This document shows, one piece after another, positions 49,968-62,450 of a DNA stretch of 64,000 nucleotides. Both the position numbers and the translations under genes were made by a program. How positions within the stretch are numbered: the stretch's first letter is position 1; each line of letters starts with the position of its first letter. Source of the stretch: Pristiophorus japonicus (Eukaryota); contig NC_091996.1 in assembly GCF_044704955.1 (NCBI RefSeq), positions 28,024,001 to 28,088,000 on the forward strand, written 5' to 3'. A model generated the notes under the pieces. It was not told the DNA's origin. It did no database searches and saw only the letters and a list, made by a program, of their open reading frames with translations.

Positions 49968-50304
49968 AGTCATTATAGGCGGTCCCTCGACCGAGGTTGA
50001 CTTGATTCCATGAGAGTTCACAGATGTTTCAATGAAGGACCCAATGTTCCAGTCCTGAACTCCAGTTGAGGAGGTGGAAGATGCCTATGCGTGAATTTTT
50101 TAAACGTGTGCTGACCGTTGAACATCAGCCACCACACGGGCTTGACAGAGCTAGGCCTTTATCCAATGGCAAGGATTAACCAGGACAACTGGAGACCTGC
50201 TCTGCTGCACGGATCTCGTGCCCACACATATCGCAGTGTGGGCAGGTCCGTCCTGCCCCTGGGCCTTCGGCTCTTCTGGGCCCTGCCACACCTCCGCCAC
50301 GATG
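49968..50304 (-). mobile_element. Complete bipartite non-autonomous RTE derivative (about 335 bp)
   Basis: Reverse complement of the uninterrupted form of 46845..47670. Confidence 0.78.
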
Positions 50305-51129
50305 TATGAGAGCATAGTATGAGACTATGGCTACAGTACTGCAAGTGGGATAATTGTTTGTCCTGGCGCCATACACAATGTGAACGGCCAGCAACAGAAA
50401 AGATGTAGGTTTCAAATTGTATGGCACACAATCTACTGTCAATATTGAATGAGAAAATAGTGCATCAGAACATTAAATAGTTATAGCATTTCAATGAAAA
50501 CACCAATTTTATTGCGAGCATGAAGATCCTCAGTTTGGTTTTCCCTCTCTTTAGCATCCCTGATGCGGACGGTCTCCTGAAATTGTTGGATAGGGAAGGC
50601 GCTCTGTAAGTGCAAGTTCTTTCGTTGTAATCTTGTGCTGATGGTGGTGTGCTTTCCCGGGACCGGATGCTCTCAAGTCAATAGCATAACACATGATCAT
50701 TTTTATAATTGCCCATTCTGTGTGTTTGCTTATGCCCCATAAACAATAGCTGAGAGATAGGTAGCTGATAGATAGGTAACTAATAGGGCAGAATATCCAA
50801 TAGTGGAAAGAAATAAATAGTTGTGAACGTAACCAGGATGTTTTCTTCCTTTCACTCCCTGTTGGTAAAATGGAAACTTGGATACGTGCCAGTTTTTTTT
50901 ATTTCTTTTGCCAATGAACTGTTGGAGAAAACAGGGAATTTCAGGTTTGGTATAGACTAGGGGTGGGCAGCAGAGGGAAGTTCATTCATACATGGTGATG
51001 GTTACAATGACTTTCTGGGTTTGTCACACTGCAATTTCCAAGGTCTTCGGCTGGAAGAAAAAAAAACATTTTTTTGTGTTTTGATCTTTGCAACTCCTTG
51101 TGCAACGGTGAATGTACGGGAAGCAGATC

Positions 51130-52030
51130 TAAACAGCGCAAAAAAATCAGCGCCTGTAGCTCGCTGGCGCAAGGTTTGCATCCCAGCCGGAACACAGTTT
51201 GGAGGCGACCAAGGCTGGAGCGTCTTCGCCCCGCCCACCCTCTGTGATGTCACACGATTGATGTCGATGGCCGTCGAATGGGAGAGGAGGGTCGGTGGAT
51301 GAGTGGGGCGGGCGCGGCGGACCAATGGAAGTGGGGAGGAGGCGGACCAATGGGGGGGCGGGCGCTGCGGACCAATGCGGGGGAGGATGGGGCCCGGCGG
51401 ACCAATGGGGGGGAGGAGGGGGCCCGGCGGACCAATGGGGGGAGGGGAGGGGGCGGCCGAAGACGGTTGGAAGGAAAGAGGCGGGGCAGCCGCTCTGCCT
51501 CCCGAGCTGGTGTGAGCGGCGCGTAGTAAGGGAGGCAGCGGCGGCAAGCGACCAGTTTCGAGCCGATGGCGCTTACTCAGGTGCGGCGGGCGAGGATCGA
51601 CACAAAATAAAACGGCGGCAACTCCCTTTTTTCCCCCTCAGCAATCGTCGTCCGAGAGCCAAGAAAAACAAATACCCTTCCCCTCCCCTCAAAAAAAAGG
51701 GATCTGGCGGGGGGGAAGAGACCGAGTGGGATTCACTGCGTCAGTGTGAGGTGCCCGGGAGGGCTAACAACGGCCGGTCGCTTTTCGAAGCTCGGCCGCC
51801 GCCGCCGCGACGAGAGGCCGTGTCTTTCCCCCCCGAGGATTCGAGTGGAAAGTGAGCGGGAAAAGGTAAGCCCCCACCCGGGGTGGGGCGGTTGGTTGTT
51901 GATGTGACGGCGGGGTTGCGAGCCGTTAACCGGCTGACAGCAGGTGGACATGTTGTGCGCTGCGCTGGGCTCCGTGACCACCTCCGTGCAAGAAGTACCT
52001 CTCTGCTTCCAGTGCACGGTACGGGCGGCG
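51130..52030 (+). promoter_or_regulatory. Second CpG-island promoter of a downstream + strand gene
   Basis: Very GC/CpG-rich; five GCGGACCAATG units, GC boxes, CRE-like TGATGTCA near 51244; followed by a strong splice donor. Confidence 0.85.
51500..51865 (+). other. Putative non-coding first exon of the downstream gene (SCAI expected from tetrapod synteny; not confirmed); start coordinate approximate
   Basis: Donor AAG|GTAAGC at 51866 inside the CpG island; no ATG-initiated frame reads through to the donor; identity rests only on the RABEPK-PPP6C-SCAI order known in human. Confidence 0.55.
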
Positions 52031-52379
52031 CTTATTTCCTTTTTTTTTACTTATCTGATCGTATGTTTTTTGGTGTGTATGTCTTTGTGTGTGTGTGCAG
52101 AATATGTATTCTAAATGTCACGAGAACGCGGAAAACAAATTATCTGGGAAAGTTCAACCTCTAGCCAAGAGGAAGGGGAAAAGGCTGAACCAGTTTTCTG
52201 TTATCTGTAATTCATCGCATGTTGAAATAATTGCGAATAATGCTAGCTTATTCTCCTGTGACCGAGCAAGATCGCAATTTGGGGGTTTGAGGCGCCTCGT
52301 TTTTTTAATTGGGCCGCAAGGGTTGGAGATCCAGATATTTACCAAGTCACTTCAGAATGTGAGTAAACATTACCGAAAG

Positions 52380-54175
52380 GGGTTGCATTTATATGTCGCT
52401 TTTCACGACCTCCGGACGTCCCAATGAGCTTTACAGCCAATGAAGTACTTTTTCCGTTGTAGTGTAGTCGTTGTTGTATTGCAGGGAAACGCGGTAGTCA
52501 ATTTGTACACAGCAAGCTCCCACAATCAGCAGTGAGATCAACGTCAAATTTGTTTTCAGTAATGTTGGTTGAGATTTAAATGTTGGCTGGGGCACCGGGA
52601 GAGCTTCCCAGCATTTTCTGATTCGTGCCATGGGATCTTTTAAGGCTACCTCCCGCCCCGCAGTTTAATGTCTCATCTGAAAGATTGAAACTTCCAGAGT
52701 GCAGTATTGAGGGGCCGGTAACGTGGATTATTTGCACAAGTCTCTGGAGTGGGGCTTGAAACTCTGAGATGCGAGATCAGAGATGCGAGTGCGACCACTG
52801 CGCCACAGGTGACATCTAGACACATTAGCAGCTCTGAAATTCCCTTGCTAAACCCTTCTGCCCCTCTACCTCGCTTCCTCTTTTTTAAAACTCTTAAAAC
52901 CTGGTGTCCTGGACAATATTTATCCCTCAATCAACAGAAGAAAACAGATTAACTGGTCATCATCACACTGCTGTTTGTGGAAGCTTGCTGTGTGCAAAGT
53001 GACTGCTACGTTTCCGACATTGCAACAGTGATTCGGGTGGTGAGTGACGAACGAAAATGGCGAAGAGCCCTGCATCAAGGAACCGTGGGCTGCGAGGATC
53101 GGCGACATTCACACTCGGCGGCAGCTGAGGGATGAAGCGGGAGCTTCCATGGCCGCCATCTTACATTACTGCCACCCGATTATCCAGATCCATGACGAGG
53201 CCTTGGACCACTTTCCATACCTTGGGAGCCTACTGCCAACAAGGGCAGACGTCTGATGAAGTCCAACACTGTCTTCAATGTGCCAGTGCAGCCTTCGGTT
53301 GCTTGAGGAAGAGAGTATTTGAAGACCAGGATCTCAAACCCGGCACCAATCTCATGATCTACAGAGCAGTAGTGATACCCGCCCTCCTATATGCTTCAGA
53401 GACATGGACTATGTACAGTAGGCACCTCAAAGCACAGGAGAAGTACCACCAACGCTGCCTCCGCAAGATCCTGCAAATTCATTGGCAGGATCGGCGCACC
53501 AACGTCAGTGTTCTCGCCCAGGCCAACATCCCCAGCATTGAAGCATTGCATGCCCGATACTAGACTCCCAAAACAAGCGCTCTACTCGGAGCCCCGACAC
53601 GGCAAGCGAGTCCCAGATGGGCAGAGGAAACATTTCAAGGACACCCTCACATCCTTCTTGAAAAAGTGCAACATCCCCACCGACACTTGGGGCAGTCTTT
53701 GGCCAGGGACTCCCAAGTGGAGGAAGAGCATCCGGGAGGGCGCTGAGCACCTCGAGTCTCGGAGCGCGTGGAAGCCAAGTGGAATGAACGCACGACAACC
53801 CAAATACCCCACCCACCCGTCCGTCCCTTCAACCACCACCTGCCTCACCTGTGACAGAGACTGTAGATCCTGCATTGGTCTCATCAGTCACCTGAACTCA
53901 TTCATGTGGAAACAAGTCATCCTCGACTCCGAGGGACTGACGAAAGAACAACAACAATTACTACACTTCAAAAAGTAAATTCATTGGCTGTAAAGCGCTT
54001 TGGGATGTCCGGTGGTCGTGAAAGGCGCTATATAAATGTAAGTCGTTTTATCTACCTCTGACCTGCTCACATACATTCTTCTGTGGCTCAGTGTCAAATT
54101 TCATTTGATGATCACTCCTGTGAAGCGTCTTGGAATGTTTTACTATGTTAAAGGTGCTATATAAATGTAAGTTAT
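52380..54175. mobile_element. Cluster: Deu-SINE (52380-52810, -), Deu-SINE 3' half (52900-54045, +) split by an RTE fragment (about 53165-53950, +), and L2 3' pieces
   Basis: SINE motifs as above; ORFs 53132..53563 and 53391..53978 are RTE RT C-terminus. Confidence 0.8.
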
Positions 54176-54464
54176 AATGTATCACTTGTCTTCACCCTCC
54201 CAAGGCTGCTGAGAAATGGATGTCATCTATTGTACGTTGTTTGCTCAGATGTAAATCCCTAATGTCGGATGAAGTGGATGCAGGCTTTTCTTTGAGACTC
54301 CCGTTGAAGTAAAATGTCCGATTGGACTGCAAGATTGATGTCGTTTCCCATTTTCAAGTTTCCAGATAACTTACTAACATTTTCACTTTTTTTTTTATTT
54401 AAAAAAAAAAGTACCCGTGTGGCAGTTCCTCATGAACCTTGATGGTGAGTTACACACAGTGGAT

Positions 54465-54930
54465 GACCATGCTTGATCAGCTCCATTTGGTGGGCCACGC
54501 ATCCGTATGCCCGATATGAGTGTCTCATCTCAAAACAAGTGCTCTACTTGGAGCTCCGACACAGCAAGTGAGCCCCAGGTGGGCAGAGGAAATGCTTGAA
54601 GGGCACCCTCAAAGCCTCCTTGGAAAAAGTGCAACATCCCCACCGACACCTGGAAATCCCTGGCCCAAGACTGCACAAAATGGAGTAAAAACATCCGGGA
54701 CGGTGCCGAACACCTCGAGTCTCTACGTCGAGAGCAAGCTGAAACCAAATGTAAACAGTGGAAGGAGCACACAGCATCCTAAGCACCCCACCCTTTCCTT
54801 CAACCACCGCTGCCCCACCTGTGACAGAGACTCTAAGTCCCGCATAGGACTCATTCATCACATGAGAACTCATTTTTAGCGTGGGAGCAAGTCCTCCTCT
54901 ATTCCGAGGGACTGCTTAAGGAGAAGAAGA
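54465..54930 (+). mobile_element. RTE 3' fragment
   Basis: ORF 54520..54879 ends CPTCDRDSKSRIGLIHHMRTH (C2H2-like end of RTE ORF). Confidence 0.85.
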
Positions 54931-57900
54931 GATGCTCTTCCTGAAGTACTTGGAAGTGTAAGTTCAGCAATGGCCATATTCTTGTACATACAATCATAGA
55001 AGCTTATAGCACAGAAGGCGGCCAAGTGGCCCACCATGCCTGTGCAAGCTCTTTGAAAGAACTATTAATTTAGTCCCACTATCTAGCTCTTTCTCCATAG
55101 CCCTGCAATTTTTTTCCATTTCACAAACATCCAATTCCCATTTGAAAATCTGCTTCCACCACCCTTTCGGGCAATGCACTCCAGATCACCATAATTCACT
55201 TTATTTTATAAAAAAAAATGCCCTTCATCTCCCTGTTCTTTTCCCAGTTATCTTCAATATGTATCCTCTGGTTACTGACCCCCACCCGCTAGTGGAAACT
55301 GTTTCCCCTGAAATTCAACCAAGGCTCCTGTTCTGATTGCTGTGTGTGAACATTGAATGCAGACGAGATTTGTCTTTACTGTGATGGCCCCACTGGTCAA
55401 ATAGACTACCACTGTGGTGAGAGATCATGGGGATGCCACTGGCTGTGAAACAGGATCCCAGCATGATTTGTAGTCTTGTAGAGACCAAATTGGTAAGGGA
55501 GGGACATTTTGGGAAAGGGACAAGTAGGGAGGCTGTTGGGTGCATGTAGATATTATGTAGTATGCACTGTTTCTTTACAAAGATGGTTCCCAGTCTCTGC
55601 TGTACACTTAAATGGAGTTGTTGAGCAAATGAGAGGCATTTATGGAGTTGAAGGGAGTGGGAAGTTGGAGGACAAATAGTTTGGGTATTTCTTGTATCGT
55701 TTAATGGTTGGTCATAGAGCAAGATTGGTAGAAGCTGAGAACAGGTCATAGTCAAAAAGGTGGATGAAAATAAAACCTAGCATGGAGGAAAAAATATAGT
55801 AGAAGTGCTTGTGAGAGATAATCATGTTTAGAATAATTTCTGTCAAATTTTGAGATTTAAAAAATGTACTTATTTTGGAGCTGACTATGTATTTTGAAAT
55901 TGAACAAAAGTAATCAACAGATTTTCATGTATGCTGTCAAAAGGTGTTATGATTTTCAATTATGAATTTGCAGTGAACATTATCTGAGCGGTCTTGGTGT
56001 ATTTTAGTAAATATTAATTTTCTAATAAGTAGGAATTAAATGCAAATTACAACAAAATTAAAGATGGCTTGCCAGTAGGGTTACAATGGCTTTTATTTAT
56101 ATGCTGGTGGAGCACTGCTTTGCAGCAGAAATTAGGTTCAGACCATTACTTTTCACTTGCTCATTAAGGGCATCTATATTGGCTTTTTCACATACATTGA
56201 TGTTGCAGGTGTGATTCAGATAGGGGCATTGTTGTTGCCAACATTTTCTTGGGTTTAGACTGACCAGTACTCGGATGGGGATTGCTTTTTATTTCAGCTG
56301 AATCAAAATATCTGAAGGCAATGCCATACTGGTGTGAAATTTTGGATATTTTGTGTCGTGCTATATGCGTCATTAATTTGGTGAATGGTCTTTTAATTGA
56401 TGCTCAACTATAATTGGATAGATACGGATTTTGGTATCTTGTCCAATAATTTCCTGTTGAAAGTGTAAATAGTTTTCAGTTTGTAAGTTTTGAAAAATCA
56501 TAATTTCACAGATTGTCTGAATCATGTGATGATGGAAGTGCTGATTTCTATGCATTCATTTAATCATATTTACATTTGTTTCCATACGCAACTGTTCTAC
56601 AGGATGAAGAGTAGAATTTTTAAATTAAAACTCCCCGTGCCTTTCTTTTCTCCCCAAAAAGAATAGGAACTTGTTTTGTGGAAAATTGAGTGAATCCAGT
56701 GTGTTCTATACATCTAATTTTTAGTGTGCATGCATTTGCATTTTATTATTGTCAACAAAATGTACAAAAAGCCATTTGAAGATGGTCAAGCGGAAAATGC
56801 ACTTAAGAGTAATTTAAATAAACTTCTATAACCATAGCGTAGCTTTCGACATATCAAATTTGAGCTTTTGAAAAAAATGTTTTATGTTTAGTTTAACTTA
56901 ATGTTGAGAATTATTCTGAGCCAAATGATGCAATTAAGAAGCATATTGTACATTATGAACAGCACTTCTGTGGCATGTAAGACCATAATAGCTGTTTGAG
57001 CAACACATTTGAGGGAATATAATCATTGTCTATTGCGGCATTGTTGGACAGCTGAATTAATGAGACATCAGTGTCTGATGTGCTTTGAGATGTGTGGCAT
57101 CCATTCGGATCTTGATTGACCCAAATAAAACTTGACATTGGTTCATTGTGTATCACAATGAATGCAGCCAAATGTAAAAGCATGAGGGAACTGAAGAAAC
57201 AAATGCTGTAAACACGCATCAGGTCAGTCAACATCTGTGTGGAGAACAGATCATTTAACATTTCATGTGTAGATTTTGTCATCACTGCACAGATGCTTAC
57301 GAACCAGCGAAGTGTTTCCAGCTTTTTTGATTTTGTTCTTAGCGTGAACCAGAACACATTTACATTATCACCCCCGCCACCCCCCTCCCCAAGAACTTTG
57401 ACCACAAACCGACAAGTAAGATTTATTTTCAGGGGATCTTTAGAGAAATGTGTTGAAAATTCGCTTGGTTATAAAATCCGGCATAATTAATCCTAAAACA
57501 GTTATTATATTTAATAGTTCTGTACTTGCAAATACAACTTCCATGTCAGTGAAATGTTTCACTTATCATGGTGTCTAATTACTAGAATTCAGTCGAATCT
57601 CAGGATTTGACATCGTGGGAGTTGAGCTGTAACTGCTGTGTCAGTAATGAACCTCTGGATTGGACACCTAGGGAGTTGAAGAGCTGTAACTGAAGCGTCA
57701 GTAATATAACATTGATCTCTCTCCTAATGATCTAGTGGACAAGAGAGCTACCGCAGAGAAGAACTAGGTCACAGATTCCACTCCCAGCTTGGACTGAGTT
57801 GGCTGATATTAACTGTGACAGTCCGCCTTGATGTTCTTCAATTAATGAGGGGGGAATCTGCCGTGGTTCCTGCTCTTGAATCCTGTTCAGTGACCTCCTG

Positions 57901-60900
57901 TCTATATGTTTATGTTGGGTGATGACAACTGGGTGAAATACTGCCCACAGTTGAAAAGCCCTGCAGCCATTTACTGTCTGGGGCCACACATTGGCAAGAG
58001 GTATTGGATGGCAGTTGGGATCAATGGTACTTCACCACAACAAAAGTTCTCACCTTCGAGAGAAAGAGAGGATAAAAGGCAGATAACTTATTTATAAAAT
58101 AAGATATATGAACATTAAACTTGTGAAAAATAAATATTTCTGTAAAACATAATTTTAGCAACAGTAAATGGTAATGTTGTAGCAAACACTAAATTACATT
58201 ACTGTAAGAGCTTAGAAGTTGAAGAATGCATCTTGTGATGTAGATGGTTAGTTACTGAAGTGTGCATAGCTGTGTTTGCACTGCAAAATCAGACAGTAAA
58301 GTCTTGGTCAGTTGTGCTGACGTATGGAAGCCCTATCCATATACACATCTCACTAAGTTAATTAGTTCCACAATGAGGGTAATTTTCCAGTGGAACCAAC
58401 ACGATAACCAAGAGTCCATCTGTGGATGGACTTGAAACTGCTGCTAACCAAGCCATAATACAACAAATTATTTGGCCATTTTTTTTATTTTGCTTTTCAT
58501 TTTGAAGTGCTATTGAATTGTACAAATCAATGTAGACAGCCAAAGGATTGGTATTTTGCCTTTTAAAATAAGTTTGTTTAATGTTTATGTAAATTATCCA
58601 AACTGTAAAACTTCTTTACTGTGTAACTTAACTCCTGCACCTTGTAGCCAAGGGGCACATATTTCTTCCACACAACTGCCTGTTGTCTAGTGGGAATTTT
58701 ACCTACATGTTCATATGAGGCCCCAGGCTTGTATTTGATGAGTTGAATTTCATTGTGCAACAGCTCAAAGTACAATTGGGGTATCACAATTTAAGTGTTT
58801 AATATGTACTAGTTCAGTAAAGTTAATTTGAAGACTAATAAGTAGATTGAGACCTACTTGTTTTAAGATTGTGCTCTAATGCAGGTTTAGGTTTTTGTAT
58901 ATCGCAGGAACAAGGGATAAGGAAATGTAAATCTTGTCTCCTGTTGGGCCTATATGATGTGGTTGCTGAAAACATTCTGCGGGGGGCGGGGGAAGAATCC
59001 CTGTTCACTTTTTCTGAACAGTTATATGCTGGTTCCCAGTGATACCTTCTAAAAACATAATGGATCCAGCAGTGTAACCTTTGCTGTGACGTCGGCACTG
59101 TAAAGTGTAAAATACAGTAAAAGTGAGTATTTGGTATAGTGCAAAAATGGAGTTAAGTAATTGATTTTATGAATATAGCAGAGGAAAAATAGTTGTGCCT
59201 ACGCTCAATGCTTGGCCTTCAAGGTTCATTGATGGTGAAACTTGCAACATAAAAAAGGTTTCCCTTTCTCTTTTTCCCCTTTGTCCTGAGCCATCCCTGG
59301 TTGAAGGTGTGGGTAATGTATTCAGCAAAGATCCATCTGTCCTTTACCAATACAGTTTTGAAACTGGCCAGCAGGAGGTGTCAAGTCTGTCGATTTCCAA
59401 TTTACCACCTATTCGACAGATCGTTTCTCCATTGCACGATCAGAGTTCAGGAATATTTGAAGTTTTTTGTTATTCATGAAGAGATAAACCAATCTGAAGT
59501 TTGAATTCCTGTGAAATCCTACTCTGGTTACGAACATTGAGCAAGTATAAATAAAGTTACCTCGATTCAGAATGATTCTTAAAATCTGCAGGTTTAGTTT
59601 AACCTAAACACGTACGCAAAGATCAATATCATCAAACTGCTGCTGAAAAATGGCAACAGTGAAAGATGTGTAAACTGATCAGAATATCTAGCTGGCCTTA
59701 GCTATTTTAAATTTAGTAGATATGAGATATTACTTCAAAACTTAAGAACCTGTTCCAGTTATAGTCATGTGGAAAGACTGTTCAAGGCTATGTAGCCTAG
59801 ATGTAATAATGAAGTTGGGAAGAACAGATCATCCTTGGGGGAGGGGGGGCAATGAATGCACAGTAGGCTTGATCGAAGTTACAGTTAAAATTATGTAACT
59901 AGCAATTTTCTTTAAATAAGAACTGAACATTATTTGGTAGGAGTGTAGGAGTGCAGTATGTGGGTCCCAAGACAGCATACCACCAGAGCAGATTGCCTGC
60001 GGTTTTTTCCGCACAGCAAGTGTGATGGAGAGATACATGTTAAGTGAGGATAGAGGGATTCTTTAGGTACAGGATTATTATTGAAGCTCAAATGCTGACT
60101 GTATATGGTAGCATGGTGGCAAATTTACCATGTGCAGTGCCACAGACTGACTAGCATTTGCATTTTGGCAGCTTGCTATCTGGGGATGCCCATCTTGGAT
60201 CAGACAAAGTTCTAAGGGGCCAAGCAGCAGAGAAAATTGGAAGAGGTTCAGTCTTTGGCTTGAGAAACGAGTGTTGGCCAAAAGCCACTGCTGCAGTTGT
60301 CTTATCGATCTAATTTGCCAGAGTTTAGGATGTGCTTGAGTGGTCATGGCGAGGAGGAAAAATCCATGTACAATGTTGATAAAATCTGCTAGTATAAAAC
60401 ACATGTAATGTAATTGTATAATTTATTTAACCGTCACTGCGGAGAATGATTAGCTACCAAATCTTGAATACTATTTTAAAAAAAATTGTAACACATTTGC
60501 CCTGCTTTCTTGTATCTTTTTCTCCCTTCCCACCCAAGCAGAGTGCGCGCGCTTCATTTTCCTTTTGATGTACATGTCGTTCTGCGGTTGATGAACGAGT
60601 AGGCTATTTGAGTGAGCTTTTTTCTGAAAGGAAAGCAATTGCCTGGCTCCTTCTCCTTGGGCTATACAGAGCAGTAAGGTCCTAGCTTTGTTTCTTGGTC
60701 TGTGCTGACCTAACTGATTTCCGGGACATCGGCTTTAGTGCCATTGGATTGCCAGCAGCCACTATCTGGTGCACACCAAAGTATCTATTATTCATACGAC
60801 GAGTGAGTGTCTTCAAATAATCCAATTGTGGAACCTATCATAGTAGTCTGTTGCAGTCCTCACCCAACAACCATACAAGCAATTCTAACAGTGGTGGGGG

Positions 60901-61129
60901 TGGCTGAGTGACAATCAGCTGCAAGGAACCTGGTTAATTTTTAATTGCAGAGTTAGGGTTGTTGTACCTTTTCAGATAATCTCTTCATAGATTTGAGTGA
61001 TTGGAAAGTTCACTATTGCATTTATTTGCAGTAATCTGATAACCAAGTTAAATGTAGTTTCATGCTGCACTATTTGATTAAACTTTTCTCTGAAAAGAAG
61101 AGGCACTTACAAGGAAAAAGATGAAAGAA

Positions 61130-61630
61130 ATAACTTGCATTTATTTAGTGAGTTTCATGATCTCGGGACATCCCACAGTGTTTCAGAACCAACAAAGTAC
61201 TTCCAAAGTGTAGTCGTTGTTGTAATGTAGGAATGCGATAGTTAGTTTGCACACAAAGATCCCATAAACAGCAATGTGATAATTACCAGGTAATCTGTTT
61301 CAATTTGTGTTGGTTGCGGGATTAATATTGGCCAAGCACCGCGGAGACCACTCCTACTCTTTGAGATAGTGCCATGGGATCTTTTACTTCCATTTCAGAT
61401 GGCAGATGGGACCTCAGTTTAACACCTCATCCAAAAGATGGCACCTCAGACAGTGCAGTATTGCCTCAATCCCTGTCCTGATGAGCTGCGCTGCCTGCTG
61501 CTGCTTTGCCCAAAGGGCTGCCAATACTTTTCGCAGTAGTATTGCACCTAGATTTTGCGCTCAAGTCTCTGGAGTGGGGCTTGAACCCACAACTTTCTGA
61601 CTTGGGCAAGTGTGCCACCCACTGAGCCAA
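61130..61630 (-). mobile_element. Deu-domain SINE
   Basis: Minus-strand tRNA head (GGCTCAGTGG..GGTTCAAGCCC), Deu core, tail. Confidence 0.8.
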
Positions 61631-62450
61631 CATTTTTTGAAGAATACTCACTTCTATATCTCAGACTTTCAACAAACTCAAAAGCTAATATTTATAATTA
61701 AAAATGCAAAGTACAATATATTAGCAATTAATGAGTACACTGAGAAATCTGTAAAGGGTTAACTGTAAGCAGTGTCTTTTTGGGATAAGAGAGTCTTTTT
61801 TTTCCCCCCACTCAAGATGCACAGTTGGATTGCTTGGTAAGATGCAAATTACAAATTTGGGATTGCTGTGGATACCTTCTCGGGTTCATTGGCGTCTGTC
61901 CCTCTTGTCTGGATCTTTCTCTATTGTGTTCTGGAATTGACTTTCGCTGTCTATTATATACTTGCAAGATAGCAGAACCCAAACTTGTAGTAACAATACC
62001 TTTTTTGTAATCTGAACCAGAAATTCTTTCCCACATGTTGAAAAAACACTTGGTAAGATTAGGCCAGGTATGAATTCTTAAGCTACTTTTTCATAGCAAG
62101 TGAACATGCAAGAGCAATGGTTAAGATTGGACTCGCATAATTCAATCTGTACACCTTTTTATGCCATAATATAAAATAATAATCATGCCATACCTTCTCC
62201 CCCCCCCCCCCCCCAACAGTGGATCCTATTGCTTGATTTTATCAGATCAACTGACTCCTAACTATCCTTTTTAGTCTGGATAAAGGCTGTCCTTTCAGCT
62301 TTCTGCTTTAAAAACCTGACTAACTTCCCACGCATCGGTCGTTTTATTTTTTCATCTGAGAGGAAGATCTATGTAATATACTCTAGCAGAATTGGTGCGA
62401 TGTGTTTATCAATTACTGAGACAAGCTAACAAATGGCATCTTAGAGTCTT

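Noticed and set aside
51581-51641. Possible 61-nt GT-AG mini-intron in the downstream first exon
   Set aside because: Shorter than typical vertebrate minimum intron size, and the spliced frame still ends in TGA before the donor
51002-51855. Long Pro/Gly-rich ORFs (51002..51547 minus, 51295..51855 plus)
   Set aside because: Stop-poor GC-rich promoter repeats; no recognisable protein
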